A stretch of DNA of 58,860 nucleotides, taken from the NCBI GenBank assembly GCA_038068435.1, contig JBBTLZ010000038.1:1-58860 (forward strand), in the 5' to 3' direction. The notes below the pieces were generated by a model. That model made no database searches. It saw only the letters and a list, made by a program, of their open reading frames with translations, and was not told where the DNA came from. The stretch is from Candidatus Eiseniibacteriota bacterium (lineage in GTDB: Bacteria > Eisenbacteria > RBG-16-71-46). Both the position numbers and the translations under genes were made by a program. Below, in pieces: positions 41,721 through 51,126 of this stretch. Within the stretch, counting starts at the first letter, position 1, and each line of letters starts with the position of its first letter.

Positions 41721-43118
41721 ATGGACGCCTCGACGGCCGCCGCCGCGTTGGCCTACCGGGTGGCGAACTCCGTGCTTGGCTGGGCCCTGAGCCTTTACTT
41801 CCGCCGCATCGAAGTGCGAGACCGCGGGCGGCTCCCCGCGAGCGGCCCGGTGCTGATCGCCGCCAACCATCCCGCGGCGTTCACCGACGTATTGGTGCTC
41901 GGGACCCGTCTGCCCCGTCGCATCCATTTCCTGGCGATGAGCGGGATCTTCAAGCCCTGGATCCGGGGCTTCGCCCTGAGGCTGGTCGGTGCGCTGCCCG
42001 TCTACCGCAGCGAGGACCACCCGGGTCAGACCTTTCGCAACGATGCAACATTCCATGCCTGCCACGAGATCCTCGACCGCGGTGGTGCGGTGCTCATCTT
42101 CCCGGAAGGCACGAGCGAGACCGACCGCCGGCTGGCACGCATGAAGACCGGCGCCGCACGGCTCGCGCTCGCCCAGGAGCAGCGGCCCGGCCAGCAGGGA
42201 CGGCTCACGCTGCTCCCGGCCGGCCTGCACTTCGAGGACCGCACCGGCTACCAGAGCGATGTGGTCCTCTCGCTCGGCGAGCCGATCATTCTCACCCCCT
42301 ATCGCACGCTCGCAGGCTCCGATCCGCGCGCGGCCGTGGTCTGGCTCACCGCCGCACTGCAGGCCTCCCTGGAGGAGCTCTTCCTCCACATCCCCGAGCC
42401 CGAGGTGACGCGTCTGGTGCACGACCTGGAGCACCTGTACCTAGATGAGCTGAAGGCCGGCGGCGACCCCAGGCACTCGCTGGAGCTCGCCCGTCGCGTC
42501 TCGGACTGCGTGGAGTACTTCCGCCGCACCGACCCCGAGCGCGTGCATCGCGTCTGGCACCGCATCGCGCACTACCGCCGGAAGCTCGAGGCGCTCAAGC
42601 TCGAGGATGCGGCGCTGGGGGAGATCGAGCGGAGTCCGAAGCGCGCGTTCCCGACGGCCCGCCACGTCGTGCTCGGAGTCCTCGGCCTGCTCCCGGCCCT
42701 GCTGGGAGGCCTCATCCACTACCTGCCGTACCGGGCCTGCGGGACCATCGCACGCCATCTCGCCCCGCAGCCCACCAGAGTCACCTCGGTGCGGATCGGC
42801 GCGGGTCTGATGGTTCTGCCGCTCAGTTACGGCGTGCTCGCGCTGCTGCTGAAGGCGAACACCGGCCTGCCGCCGCGCGATATCGCCCTCGCGCTCGCCG
42901 CGGCCGTTGCGCTCGGGCTCTTCGCGCTGGGCTACTTCCGCTGGCTCGGGCGTCAGCGCGCACGGATCCGGCTCGCTCTCCTGGCGGTGAACCACCGCCG
43001 GCTGGTGGCCCGCGTGCGCGCGGAGCGCAGGGAGCTGATGAGGATCTTCGATCAGGCCCGGGCGCAGTTCAGCGCCGCCACGGGCGACGGGAGCGCCGGC
43101 CAGGCCGGGCCCGGATGA
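41721..43118 (+). CDS. Lysophospholipid/glycerol-3-phosphate acyltransferase (PlsC family) with C-terminal TM extension
   Basis: ANHPAAFTD (HX4D), FLAM, PVYR, IFPEGTS, KTGAAR. Confidence 0.88.
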   Translation: MDASTAAAALAYRVANSVLGWALSLYFRRIEVRDRGRLPASGPVLIAANHPAAFTDVLVLGTRLPRRIHFLAMSGIFKPWIRGFALRLVGALPVYRSEDHPGQTFRNDATFHACHEILDRGGAVLIFPEGTSETDRRLARMKTGAARLALAQEQRPGQQGRLTLLPAGLHFEDRTGYQSDVVLSLGEPIILTPYRTLAGSDPRAAVVWLTAALQASLEELFLHIPEPEVTRLVHDLEHLYLDELKAGGDPRHSLELARRVSDCVEYFRRTDPERVHRVWHRIAHYRRKLEALKLEDAALGEIERSPKRAFPTARHVVLGVLGLLPALLGGLIHYLPYRACGTIARHLAPQPTRVTSVRIGAGLMVLPLSYGVLALLLKANTGLPPRDIALALAAAVALGLFALGYFRWLGRQRARIRLALLAVNHRRLVARVRAERRELMRIFDQARAQFSAATGDGSAGQAGPG

Positions 43119-43777
43119 GCCTGCTGCACCGGCCGGCGGTGCGGCGCGCGCTCGCCCGCCACCTGTTGTGCCACGTCGAGGGCGCTGCCGGTCGCTTCGC
43201 GCTGACGTTTGATGACGGCCCGAGCCCGCGGAACACGCCGCGTCTCCTGGACGTGCTCGAGCGGGCCGGCGCGCTCGCCACCTTCTTCCTGCTCGAGCAC
43301 CACGTCCGCCGGCACGCGGACCTGGTCCGCAGGTTGGTCGCGTCAGGCCACGAGGTCGGGGTCCACGGCCGGCTGCATCTGTGGCCCGCCGCGATGCCCA
43401 CCCGCGCGCTGACCTGGGAGCTGCGTCACACCGCGGCGGCGATCGAGGCCGCCGCCGGGGGGCGCCCGCGCCTCTACCGGGCTCCCTTCGGCCTGTTGCG
43501 CCCCGGCCAGGCCCGGGCGGTCCGCGCGCTGGGGTACGAGCCGGTGCTCGGCGACATCTACCCAGACGACGTGCACTGCGGGCGGCCGGAGCAAATCGTC
43601 GAGCGCGTGATGGCGAGGCTGGCCGCCGGCTCGATCGTGATCCTTCACGACTCGAGCGTGCTCGGCGACGGGGACCGCGGCGCCACCACGGAGGCCGTGG
43701 AGAGAATTCTACGGGAGGCGGCCGCGCGGGGGCTCACCGCGACCTCCGTGTCGGACCTCAGGGGCCCGGGCCGCTAA
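43115..43777 (+). CDS. Polysaccharide deacetylase (CE4/NodB)
   Basis: LTFDDGP, GHEVGVHGRLH, YRAPFG, GSIVILHD. Confidence 0.9.
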   Translation: MSLLHRPAVRRALARHLLCHVEGAAGRFALTFDDGPSPRNTPRLLDVLERAGALATFFLLEHHVRRHADLVRRLVASGHEVGVHGRLHLWPAAMPTRALTWELRHTAAAIEAAAGGRPRLYRAPFGLLRPGQARAVRALGYEPVLGDIYPDDVHCGRPEQIVERVMARLAAGSIVILHDSSVLGDGDRGATTEAVERILREAAARGLTATSVSDLRGPGR

Positions 43778-43848
43778 GCCGGAGGGGCGAAGGGCTCGAG
43801 GCAAGCAGGATGCGACCGGCCCTGCCGTCAGGCCCCGACCGCTCGCGA

Positions 43849-44943
43849 CTAGCCCCCGCCCGCGGGAGCCGTCATTCCCTTCCCGGTCTTGAGCTGCTCC
43901 ATCACCGCCTCGAGCACGCTCTTCGGCGGCCGGACCTGCTCGAGCGGCAGTGTGGCCAGCGGCGCCTCGACCAAGCTCAGCTCCTCCTCGAAGGGCTTGA
44001 GGGTCGGCTCGGCGTAGAGCAGGCCGGTCACCAGCTTCTGCTCGGCGCGCGCTTCGTGGATCATCTGCAGCGCCCGCTCGCGGCTGGTGGGGTCGTAGTC
44101 CTCGGCCAGCTTCTTGAGATAGATGTGCGAGCCGTCCGGCATCTGCACCTCGCGGGTGGTGCCGGGCTCGTACTCGACCGTGATGTCCTCGTAGTAGGGC
44201 ACGTACTCGATGTCGTGGAGCGGCGCGTCGTGCTCCTTCACGTACGCGTACGACTTGCTGGAGCCCTCGTGGTCGGCGAACGTCACGCACGGGCTGATCA
44301 CGTCGAGCACCGCGGTGCCGCGGTGCGCGAACGCCGCCTTGAGCAGCGGCCGCAGCTGCTTCTGGTCGCCCGAGAACGAGCGCGCCACGAACCCGCAGCC
44401 CAGCTCGATGGCGATCGCGCAGCAGTCGATCGGCATCAGCTCGTTGACCGATCCGCCCTTGGTCGTGCTCCCCACGTCGGCGGTGGCCGAGAACTGCCCC
44501 TTGGTGAGCCCGTACACGCCGTTGTTCTCGATGATGTAGACCACCGGCACGTTGCGGCGGACGAGGTGGCAGAACTGTCCGAGACCGATGCTCGCCGTGT
44601 CGCCGTCGCCCGAGATGCCGATCAGCATCAGCTTGTGGTTCGCCACCCGCACGCCGGTCGCGATGCTGGGCATGCGGCCGTGGACGGCATTGAAGCCGTG
44701 CGAGTGGCCGAGGAAGTAGGCCGGCGTCTTGCTCGAGCAGCCGATGCCCGAGAGCTTCGCCACCTCGTGCGGCTGCAGCCCCACCTCGTAGGCCGCCTGG
44801 ATGATGGCGGCGGTGATGGCGTTGTGCCCGCAGCCCGGGCACAGCGTGCTCTTCGCGCCGTCGTAGTCGGCGCGCGTGAGGCCGACGCGGTTGCGTGCCG
44901 CCGCGGCGCCCGTCGCTGCCACTTTCGGGGTGCCGTCGCTCAT
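43849..44943 (-). CDS. 2-oxoacid:ferredoxin oxidoreductase beta subunit
   Basis: LCPGCGH, SGIGCS, HGR, GDGD...NNGVYGLTKGQ, SPCVTF. Confidence 0.95.
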   Translation of the reverse strand: MSDGTPKVAATGAAAARNRVGLTRADYDGAKSTLCPGCGHNAITAAIIQAAYEVGLQPHEVAKLSGIGCSSKTPAYFLGHSHGFNAVHGRMPSIATGVRVANHKLMLIGISGDGDTASIGLGQFCHLVRRNVPVVYIIENNGVYGLTKGQFSATADVGSTTKGGSVNELMPIDCCAIAIELGCGFVARSFSGDQKQLRPLLKAAFAHRGTAVLDVISPCVTFADHEGSSKSYAYVKEHDAPLHDIEYVPYYEDITVEYEPGTTREVQMPDGSHIYLKKLAEDYDPTSRERALQMIHEARAEQKLVTGLLYAEPTLKPFEEELSLVEAPLATLPLEQVRPPKSVLEAVMEQLKTGKGMTAPAGGG

Positions 44944-46763
44944 CGCCTCGCCACCTCCGGCATGCCGGCCGGCGTCGCCATCGTCTCCTCGGCCGCGATC
45001 GGCCCGCTCACCGAGCGCGCGTCGACCGGCAGCCCGTCGTAGTGGAGGACCGACCGGAAGCGCGCCGCGTGCTCGGGGTATTCCATCTTCAGCAGTCCTG
45101 CCATCTGTGCGTCACGGTTCTGCTCCACCACGTAGATCCGCTCGTGGCGCGCGACGAACGCCGCGACCGCGTCGCTGAAGGGCAGCGCCTTGAGCAGCAG
45201 GTAGTCGGTCTCGATGCCCGACTCCTGCCGCAGCTGGTCGCGCGCCTCGACCACCGCCCAGTGGGTGGAGCCGTAGGCGATGACGCCCAAGCGCCGGCCC
45301 TGATCCTCGATCACCGGCGGCGGCATCAGGTCCCGCGCGGTCTCGAACTTCTTCGCCAGCCGGTCCATGCCGCGCCGATAGTCGTCGGGCTTCTCGGTGT
45401 ACTGCGCCGCCTCGTTGTGCCCCGAGCCGCGCGTAAAATAGACGCCCTTGGGGTCCTTCGTGCCCGGCAGCGTGCGGAACGGGATGCCGTCGCCGTCGAC
45501 GTCGCGGTAGCGCTCGAATTTGGGAAGACTCGCAAGCTCGTTGTCGCTCAGCACCTTCCCGCGATCCCACGGCTCGTCGGGATACGGGAACGGCTCGCTC
45601 ATCCAATTGTTCATGCCCAGGTCCAGGTCGGAGAGCACGAACACCGGCGTCTGCAGCCGCTCGGCGAGATCAAAAGCCTTGACGCCGAACTCGTAGCAGT
45701 CGCGCACCGAGCTCGGCAGCAGCACCGGGTGCTTGGTGTCGCCGTGCGAGGCGGTGTGCGCGAACTGCACGTCGCCCTGCATCGTGCGGGTCGGCAGCCC
45801 GGTGCTGGGGCCGACGCGCTGGATGTCCCAGATCACCGCCGGGATCTCGGCGTAGTAGCCGTAGCCGGTGAACTCGGCCATCAGCGAGAGGCCCGGCCCC
45901 GAGGTCGAGGTCATGGCGCGCGCACCCGCCCAGCCGGCGCCCAGCACCATGCCGATCGCCGAGATCTCGTCCTCGGCCTGGACCACGGCGAAGGTGGCCT
46001 TGCCGGTCGCCGGGTCGCGGCGGAAGCGCTCGAGGTAGCCGATCAGCGACTCGACCAGGCTGGAGGAGGGCGTGATGGGATACCAGGTGACCACCGTGAC
46101 GCCGCCGAACAGTGCCCCCAGCGCGCCGGCGGCGTTGCCGTCGATCAGGATCTTGCCCTGGGTCGCGTTCATGCGCGCGGCGCGGAACGGATGGCGCTTC
46201 TCGAAGTTCGCGTGCGCGTACTCCCAGCCCGCGCGCACCGCCGCGTGGTTGAGCGCCAGTGCCTTGGGCTTGCGGCCGAGTTGGGCGTCGAGCGCGCGCT
46301 CGACCTCGTCCTCGGCCAGACCGAGCAGCTCGCCCAGCACGCCCACATAGAGCATGTTGACCACCAGCCGCCGCAGCTTGACGTCGGTGGTGATGGGCTC
46401 CATGAGCTTCGTCATCGGCACGCGGTAGACGATGCGGTCGTCGGGGATCGTCGGCACCTTGATCGACTCGTTGAGCACGATCACGCCGCCCGGACCCATC
46501 GCGGCGACGTCGTCGGCCGCGGTCTCGGGGTTCATCACCACGAGGATGTCGTTCTCCTTGCGGCGGGCGATGTAGCCGTCCTTGCTGGCGCGGATGGTGA
46601 ACCAGGTGGGCAGCCCGGCGATGTTCGAGGGGAAGAGGTTCTTGCCGCTGACCGGGATGCCCATCTGGAACAGCGCGCGCAGCAGCACCGTGTTGGCGGT
46701 CTGGCTCCCCGAGCCGTTGACCGTGGCCACCTGGATGCTGAAGTCGTTGACGATGGTTTCCAC
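44940..46763 (-). CDS. 2-oxoacid:ferredoxin oxidoreductase alpha subunit
   Basis: YPITPSS, QAEDEISA, TSTSGPG, QRVGPSTGLPT, VVEQN. Confidence 0.95.
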   Translation of the reverse strand: METIVNDFSIQVATVNGSGSQTANTVLLRALFQMGIPVSGKNLFPSNIAGLPTWFTIRASKDGYIARRKENDILVVMNPETAADDVAAMGPGGVIVLNESIKVPTIPDDRIVYRVPMTKLMEPITTDVKLRRLVVNMLYVGVLGELLGLAEDEVERALDAQLGRKPKALALNHAAVRAGWEYAHANFEKRHPFRAARMNATQGKILIDGNAAGALGALFGGVTVVTWYPITPSSSLVESLIGYLERFRRDPATGKATFAVVQAEDEISAIGMVLGAGWAGARAMTSTSGPGLSLMAEFTGYGYYAEIPAVIWDIQRVGPSTGLPTRTMQGDVQFAHTASHGDTKHPVLLPSSVRDCYEFGVKAFDLAERLQTPVFVLSDLDLGMNNWMSEPFPYPDEPWDRGKVLSDNELASLPKFERYRDVDGDGIPFRTLPGTKDPKGVYFTRGSGHNEAAQYTEKPDDYRRGMDRLAKKFETARDLMPPPVIEDQGRRLGVIAYGSTHWAVVEARDQLRQESGIETDYLLLKALPFSDAVAAFVARHERIYVVEQNRDAQMAGLLKMEYPEHAARFRSVLHYDGLPVDARSVSGPIAAEETMATPAGMPEVARR

Positions 46764-46985
46764 GCCACTCCCTGGATAGAGGCCCCGGTACGTCTCCTGG
46801 CGGCACCGCGGCGTCAGGCAGGAGATGGCCGCGGACGAGGGGAGCGGGTTTCGTCGCCAGAGGAGGCGGGTGGCCCCGCACCCGACCGGGCTCGCAGACG
46901 GTAAAGGCGCGTGCGCGGGCCGTCAAGGACGCGGCCGGGCGCGTCTCTGGTGCGCGGCGGGGCGCTCGGTCGCGCCGGCGCGACC

Positions 46986-47051
46986 TCAGCGGCCGGTGAG
47001 TGCGGCGAGCATCTCCTCGAACGAGGCGCACTTGACGCGGGGGCGAGGACG
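46986..47051 (-). repeat. Diverged second copy of the 3' end of the ferredoxin-NADP reductase gene
   Basis: Encodes RPRVKCASFEEMLAALTGR-stop versus RPRAKFTSVEEMLAALAGN-stop; 46999-47045 matches 48890-48936 at 41/47 nt by manual alignment. Confidence 0.85.
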
Positions 47052-47084
47052 GCCAGCACGACCCACGCCCACCGGCTACCGCCC

Positions 47085-47113
47085 CGCCCGTCGGCTGCAG
47101 CGGCAGGTCAGAT
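47085..47113 (-). mobile_element. Broken (half) attC site
   Basis: Minus strand ATCTGAC-CTGCC-GCTGCAGCCGACG just after the 47128 stop, resembling the left arm of the intact sites; no matching right arm. Confidence 0.5.
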
Positions 47114-47127
47114 CGCGCGCCTCAAGC

Positions 47128-47313
47128 CTACTTGGGTACCGTGCTCACCTTGAGCACCTTTCGGCAGTGGGGACACGAAAGGACGTGGAGTTCCCACAGA
47201 GTCCTGAACTTGCTCCGGTGATCCTTGACATGTGTGAGCACCTTTTCGCAGTGGGGACAAATCGGTCGGGCCTCGTCATCGCTTGAACCGACCTGGAGCT
47301 CAACATCCTTCAC
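47128..47313 (-). CDS. Small zinc-ribbon-like cassette protein
   Basis: Two CPHC motifs, GGGAGG RBS, visibly lower GC, directly after an attC. Confidence 0.75.
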   Translation of the reverse strand: MKDVELQVGSSDDEARPICPHCEKVLTHVKDHRSKFRTLWELHVLSCPHCRKVLKVSTVPK

Positions 47314-47353
47314 GAGTCGTCCCTCCCGTCTCTTTGGGGTTCTAGCCTCGTCG

Positions 47354-47413
47354 ATCTAACGCTCGGCGTCAGGTGCGGCGCGCAGCGCCGTCTGCTGGAC
47401 GCCGTGGTTAGCC
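47354..47413 (-). mobile_element. Integron attC site
   Basis: Minus strand GGCTAAC...GTTAGAT, a 60-bp imperfect palindrome; the toxin TAA stop lies inside the R'' box. Confidence 0.9.
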
Positions 47414-47770
47414 CGCCTCGTCCTTGGGGGCGACGCGCTGAATGAGCGCCGCGCACTCGCGGCGAAGCACCGGCACATCATGCGTGACGATCGCCCACAC
47501 GAGAGCGTCGTCCACGGTCGGGTACGCGTGAGTCAGCTGGTTGCGGAAGTCCACGATCCTCCGCGCCCGCGTGATTGCATCGAAGGTCTTCGGCGCGATC
47601 CGGGCGAGTGCTGCGGCGGCCTCTCCGATGATGATGAACTCGCGCTCGACCGACGAGCGGACGAGGCGATTGCCTTGATACCCGGCGAGATCGAGGCCTC
47701 GGATCGCAACGGTGATCGCATCGCACGACTCGATGACGTCGGCCAAGTAGGCGCGCGCGTCACGCGGCAT
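47408..47770 (-). CDS. HEPN/DUF86 RNase toxin (HepT-like)
   Basis: VEREFIIIGEA, FRNQLTHAY (RX4HXY), VDDALVW. Confidence 0.92.
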   Translation of the reverse strand: MPRDARAYLADVIESCDAITVAIRGLDLAGYQGNRLVRSSVEREFIIIGEAAAALARIAPKTFDAITRARRIVDFRNQLTHAYPTVDDALVWAIVTHDVPVLRRECAALIQRVAPKDEAG

Positions 47771-48068
47771 ACAGCATCCGCCTCGTGCGCTCGATGTCGC
47801 GGGCGATGTACGGGTTCTTGACCGCCCCCGCCATGACCAGGTCGATCTCCAGCCCCAACAAGGCCCGGAGTTCTTCCAGCATGCCGAAGTAGGCGTCGAC
47901 TCGAGCGTACGGCTCCATCGGCCCGAACTCGACCAGCAGGTCCAGGTCGCTCTCATCCGGTCTGAAGTCATCACGCAAAGCCGAGCCGAACGCGTCCAGC
48001 CGCACCACACCATGACGCACGCAGGCCTCGGCTATCGCTTGTCGCTTGTTTTCAAGAATGCCGATCAT
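47760..48068 (-). CDS. Minimal nucleotidyltransferase antitoxin (MntA-like)
   Basis: FGSALRDDFRPDESDLDLLVEF, IDLV, KNPY; overlaps the toxin start. Confidence 0.92.
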   Translation of the reverse strand: MIGILENKRQAIAEACVRHGVVRLDAFGSALRDDFRPDESDLDLLVEFGPMEPYARVDAYFGMLEELRALLGLEIDLVMAGAVKNPYIARDIERTRRMLYAA

Positions 48069-48189
48069 GAGGTGCCTCCCACGTTCATCGTACCGGCGGA
48101 GGGCGAGACGTGCTATCGCCCGGGAACCGCCCTCTTCGAATGCGCTTCCCGGATCCGGCGGCGTCTCTACCTCTGGTTCTCTCCATGTG

Positions 48190-48249
48190 GTCTAACGCTC
48201 GGCATCAGCGGCGGCGCGCAGCGCCGTCCGCTGCATGCCGTTGTTGAAC
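48190..48249 (-). mobile_element. Integron attC site
   Basis: Minus strand GTTCAAC (RYYYAAC)...GTTAGAC (GTTRRRY), 60 bp; 49/60 identical to the 47354 site by manual alignment. Confidence 0.92.
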
Positions 48250-48373
48250 TCAATCCGCCTTCGGCGGATAGACCAGAGACCCTTCTCGGTGTCCGGTTCT
48301 CGCCAGCAAGGGAGTGACGTCACGGCGCATCCTGATCGGGGCGGGCGTTTCCCCCGCCCAGAAAGGGGACGCC

Positions 48374-48616
48374 ATGACGCCACTCCGACAGCGCATGATC
48401 GAAGACATGCAGCTCCGCGGGTTCTCGCCCAGAACCCAGGAGGCCTACCTCCACGCGGTCCGTCAGCTCGCCGCGCATTTCCACCGGCCGCCGGACCGGA
48501 TCACTGAAGAAGAGCTGCGGCAGTACTTCCTCTATCTGGTCAACGTCAAGCGCTTCGCCCGCGCCAGCTTCACCATCGCGCTGTGCGGGATCAAGTTCTT
48601 CTGCGAGCGCACCCTT
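48374..48616 (+). pseudogene. N-terminal SAM-like fragment of a tyrosine recombinase (type usually paired with IS91-like transposases)
   Basis: MTPLRQRMIEDMQLRGFSPRTQEAYLHAV...ALCGIKFFCERTL; similarity ends abruptly and there is no catalytic domain. Confidence 0.85.
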
Positions 48617-48773
48617 CCCTGCCGGCGTTCGGGTACTTGCGCGCGAGCGCGTCCGGCAGCTCCACCCATCCGGCTTCCGTCGCGACGTCTCGCGCGTGGA
48701 GCGAGCGACCGGCTTCCAGGTGTCTCGCCAGCTCGTTCCTGACGCTGCCCGGGAGCAAGGTGCGGCGGTCCCG
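48615..48773 (-). pseudogene. intI: Internal fragment of an integron integrase
   Basis: RDRRTLLP...LARHL...LHARD...VELPDALARKYPNAGRE matches the IntI-specific insertion region. Confidence 0.85.
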
Positions 48774-48876
48774 ATGCATCGCATCTCCCGGGACGGGGCG
48801 CCGGCAGCATACGACTGACCTGCCCGCCCGCCCAGACGAATGCGTGCGCGTCCAGGCAGGAACCCGCCCGCCTCTT

Positions 48877-50277
48877 CTAATTACCCGCCAGTGCCGCGAG
48901 CATCTCCTCGACCGAGGTGAACTTGGCGCGCGGGCGCCCCTGCGCCTGCCCGCGCTCGACCTCCAACCGGTCCAGGCGTTTCCAGTCGGCGAACGAGACG
49001 AACGACGGCTGCCGCTCGCGCACCAGCGTCTCGAGATCGGCCGGGTCGGGCCGCGCGGGGGTGGGCAGAGCGCCTGCGGCGGCGTCCGCCAACAACGCGT
49101 TCACGGTCTCCGCCGAGTCCGCCTTGTTGTTCCCGATCACGCCGGTCGGCCCGCGCTTGATCCAGCCGGTGGCGTAGTGGCCCGCGATCGGGGTCCCGGT
49201 CGCGGGATCGAGTACCCGGCCCTTCACGTTGGGGATGAGCCCGGCGCGATCGTCGAACGGCACGTCGGGGAGCGGCACGCCACGGTATCCCACCGATCGG
49301 AAGACCAGCCCGACGGGCAGCTCCTCCGTCTCGCCGGTCGGCTCGGTGACGACCGCACCCGTGGGACCCTTCACCAGCCGGTTCTTCGCCAGCCGCAGCC
49401 CGGCCACGCGACCGCCGCCATCCCCCAGCAGTTCGTGCGGCGAGACGAGGAAGCGGATGTTGAGCCGCCGCGGCTTGCCGGCGGGTGTGCGGCGCGAGAA
49501 CTCCTGGACGATCTCGACCTTGGCCTTCGTGGCGGCGCGGGCGGTCTCCAGCTCGGCGGCGGAGAGCGCGTCGAGGGCGGCCTCCTCGGGCCGTACGACG
49601 ACGTCGGCGCCCGGCAGCCCGCCCAGCTCCTTCACCTCGACTGTGGTGAAGGCGGCCTGCACCGGGCCGCGCCGGCCCAAGATCGAGACCTCCTTCACGC
49701 GACTGGCACTCAGCGCCTCGATGGCGTAGTCCGCCATGTCGGTGGCGCGCAGCTCCTCGGGCGTGAGACACAGGATGCGCGCCACGTCCACCGCCACGTT
49801 GCCGACGCCGATGACCGCCACTCGCTCGACCGACAGGTCGAAGTGACGGTCGCGAAAGTCGGGATGCCCGTTGTACCAGGCCACGAACTCGGTGGCCGAA
49901 TGGCTGCCGGCGAGGTCTTCGCCCGGAATGCCGAGGCGCTTGTCGGTCTGCGCCCCGCTCGCGTACACGATGGCATGGACGTGCCGCTCGAGGTCGGCGC
50001 GCGTCACGTGCTTCCCGAACTCGACGTTGCCGAAGAAGCGGAATCCCGGATGCGCCGCGATCTTCTCGTAGATGGCGATGACCGACTTGATCTTCTGGTG
50101 GTCGGGCGCGACACCGCCGCGCACCAGCCCGTACGGGGTCGGCAGGCGGTCGATCATGTCCACCCGCACCGCGCGGTCCGGCGACTTGAGGAGGTGCTCG
50201 GCCGCGTAGAAGGCGGCCGGCCCCGAGCCGATGATGGCGACTCGCAGCGGCGGGTCGGGCGTGCCGGGCGGGCTCAT
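48877..50277 (-). CDS. Ferredoxin-NADP+ reductase (FprA/adrenodoxin reductase type)
   Basis: IIGSGPA, PYGLVRGGVAPDH, FVAWYNGHP, IGVGNVAVDVAR, GWIKRGPTGVIG. Confidence 0.95.
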   Translation of the reverse strand: MSPPGTPDPPLRVAIIGSGPAAFYAAEHLLKSPDRAVRVDMIDRLPTPYGLVRGGVAPDHQKIKSVIAIYEKIAAHPGFRFFGNVEFGKHVTRADLERHVHAIVYASGAQTDKRLGIPGEDLAGSHSATEFVAWYNGHPDFRDRHFDLSVERVAVIGVGNVAVDVARILCLTPEELRATDMADYAIEALSASRVKEVSILGRRGPVQAAFTTVEVKELGGLPGADVVVRPEEAALDALSAAELETARAATKAKVEIVQEFSRRTPAGKPRRLNIRFLVSPHELLGDGGGRVAGLRLAKNRLVKGPTGAVVTEPTGETEELPVGLVFRSVGYRGVPLPDVPFDDRAGLIPNVKGRVLDPATGTPIAGHYATGWIKRGPTGVIGNNKADSAETVNALLADAAAGALPTPARPDPADLETLVRERQPSFVSFADWKRLDRLEVERGQAQGRPRAKFTSVEEMLAALAGN

Positions 50278-50370
50278 GGGAGCGCGCAGGATAGGGAGGC
50301 GCGAGCGCCCGAGTCAATGCGCGGCGGGCGCCTTGACCCCGCGGCGCGCCGGGTCTAGCGTCCTCACCCT

Positions 50371-51126
50371 ATGAGCACCCGGTCGGTGATGAGGATCGAG
50401 CCGTCGAACGCCGTTCTCACCGCGACCCGTCGCTGGCTCGAGCCGGTGCGCGCGGCACTCGGCCCGGAGTTCCTCGCCGCCTACGTCACCGGCAGCGCGC
50501 TGAACCAGGGCTTCGATGAGCGCCGCTCGCGGGTCAACGTGCTGGTGGTCTCGCGCTCGCTCAACCTGGACGTCCTCGACGCGGTGCGCCAGAAGCTCCC
50601 CGAGGACCGCAAGCCGCCGCACGTCCACCCGCTGTTCGTGACCCCGCGCCAGATCGAGAAATCGCTCGACGTCTTCCCCATCGAGTGGATCGACATCCAG
50701 GAGAGCCATCTGCTCATCGAAGGGCAGGACGTGCTGGGTGGGATCGAGGTGCCGCGCGGCAACCTGCGGCTCCAGCTGGAGCACGACCTGCGCGCCCGGC
50801 TCGTCGCCCTGCGGCAGGCCTACCTGGCCAATGCGAAGCACCCGCAGGAGCTGGGCGCGGTGCTCCACGCGGCCGCGAGCGGCTTCGCCACGCTGTGCCG
50901 CACGCTGCTGCGCCTGCGGGGCGAATCGCCACCCGCCAACACGCCGAAGGTGATCGAGCGCGTCGCCGATGTGTTCGGGCTGGATGCCGAGGGGCTGCTG
51001 GCCGCCCACCTGGTCCGATACGGCGGGCACCACCACAAGCGCCACGAGCTGCTGGGCTTCTACCGGAGGTTCTTGGTCGAGGTCGAACGGCTGGCGAACG
51101 CCATCGACGAGATGCGCGTTCCGTGA
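50371..51126 (+). CDS. Nucleotidyltransferase-fold protein, probably catalytically degenerate
   Basis: YVTGSALNQGF...SRVNVLVV (GS motif but no DxD), DVFPIE..DI, LRLQLE; first gene of the TPM/LemA cluster. Confidence 0.65.
   Translation: MSTRSVMRIEPSNAVLTATRRWLEPVRAALGPEFLAAYVTGSALNQGFDERRSRVNVLVVSRSLNLDVLDAVRQKLPEDRKPPHVHPLFVTPRQIEKSLDVFPIEWIDIQESHLLIEGQDVLGGIEVPRGNLRLQLEHDLRARLVALRQAYLANAKHPQELGAVLHAAASGFATLCRTLLRLRGESPPANTPKVIERVADVFGLDAEGLLAAHLVRYGGHHHKRHELLGFYRRFLVEVERLANAIDEMRVP

Noticed and set aside
47354-48249. Two similar 60-bp palindromes considered as CRISPR repeats, REPs or IS ends
   Set aside because: Gene-sized spacing and RYYYAAC/GTTRRRY ends fit attC sites better.
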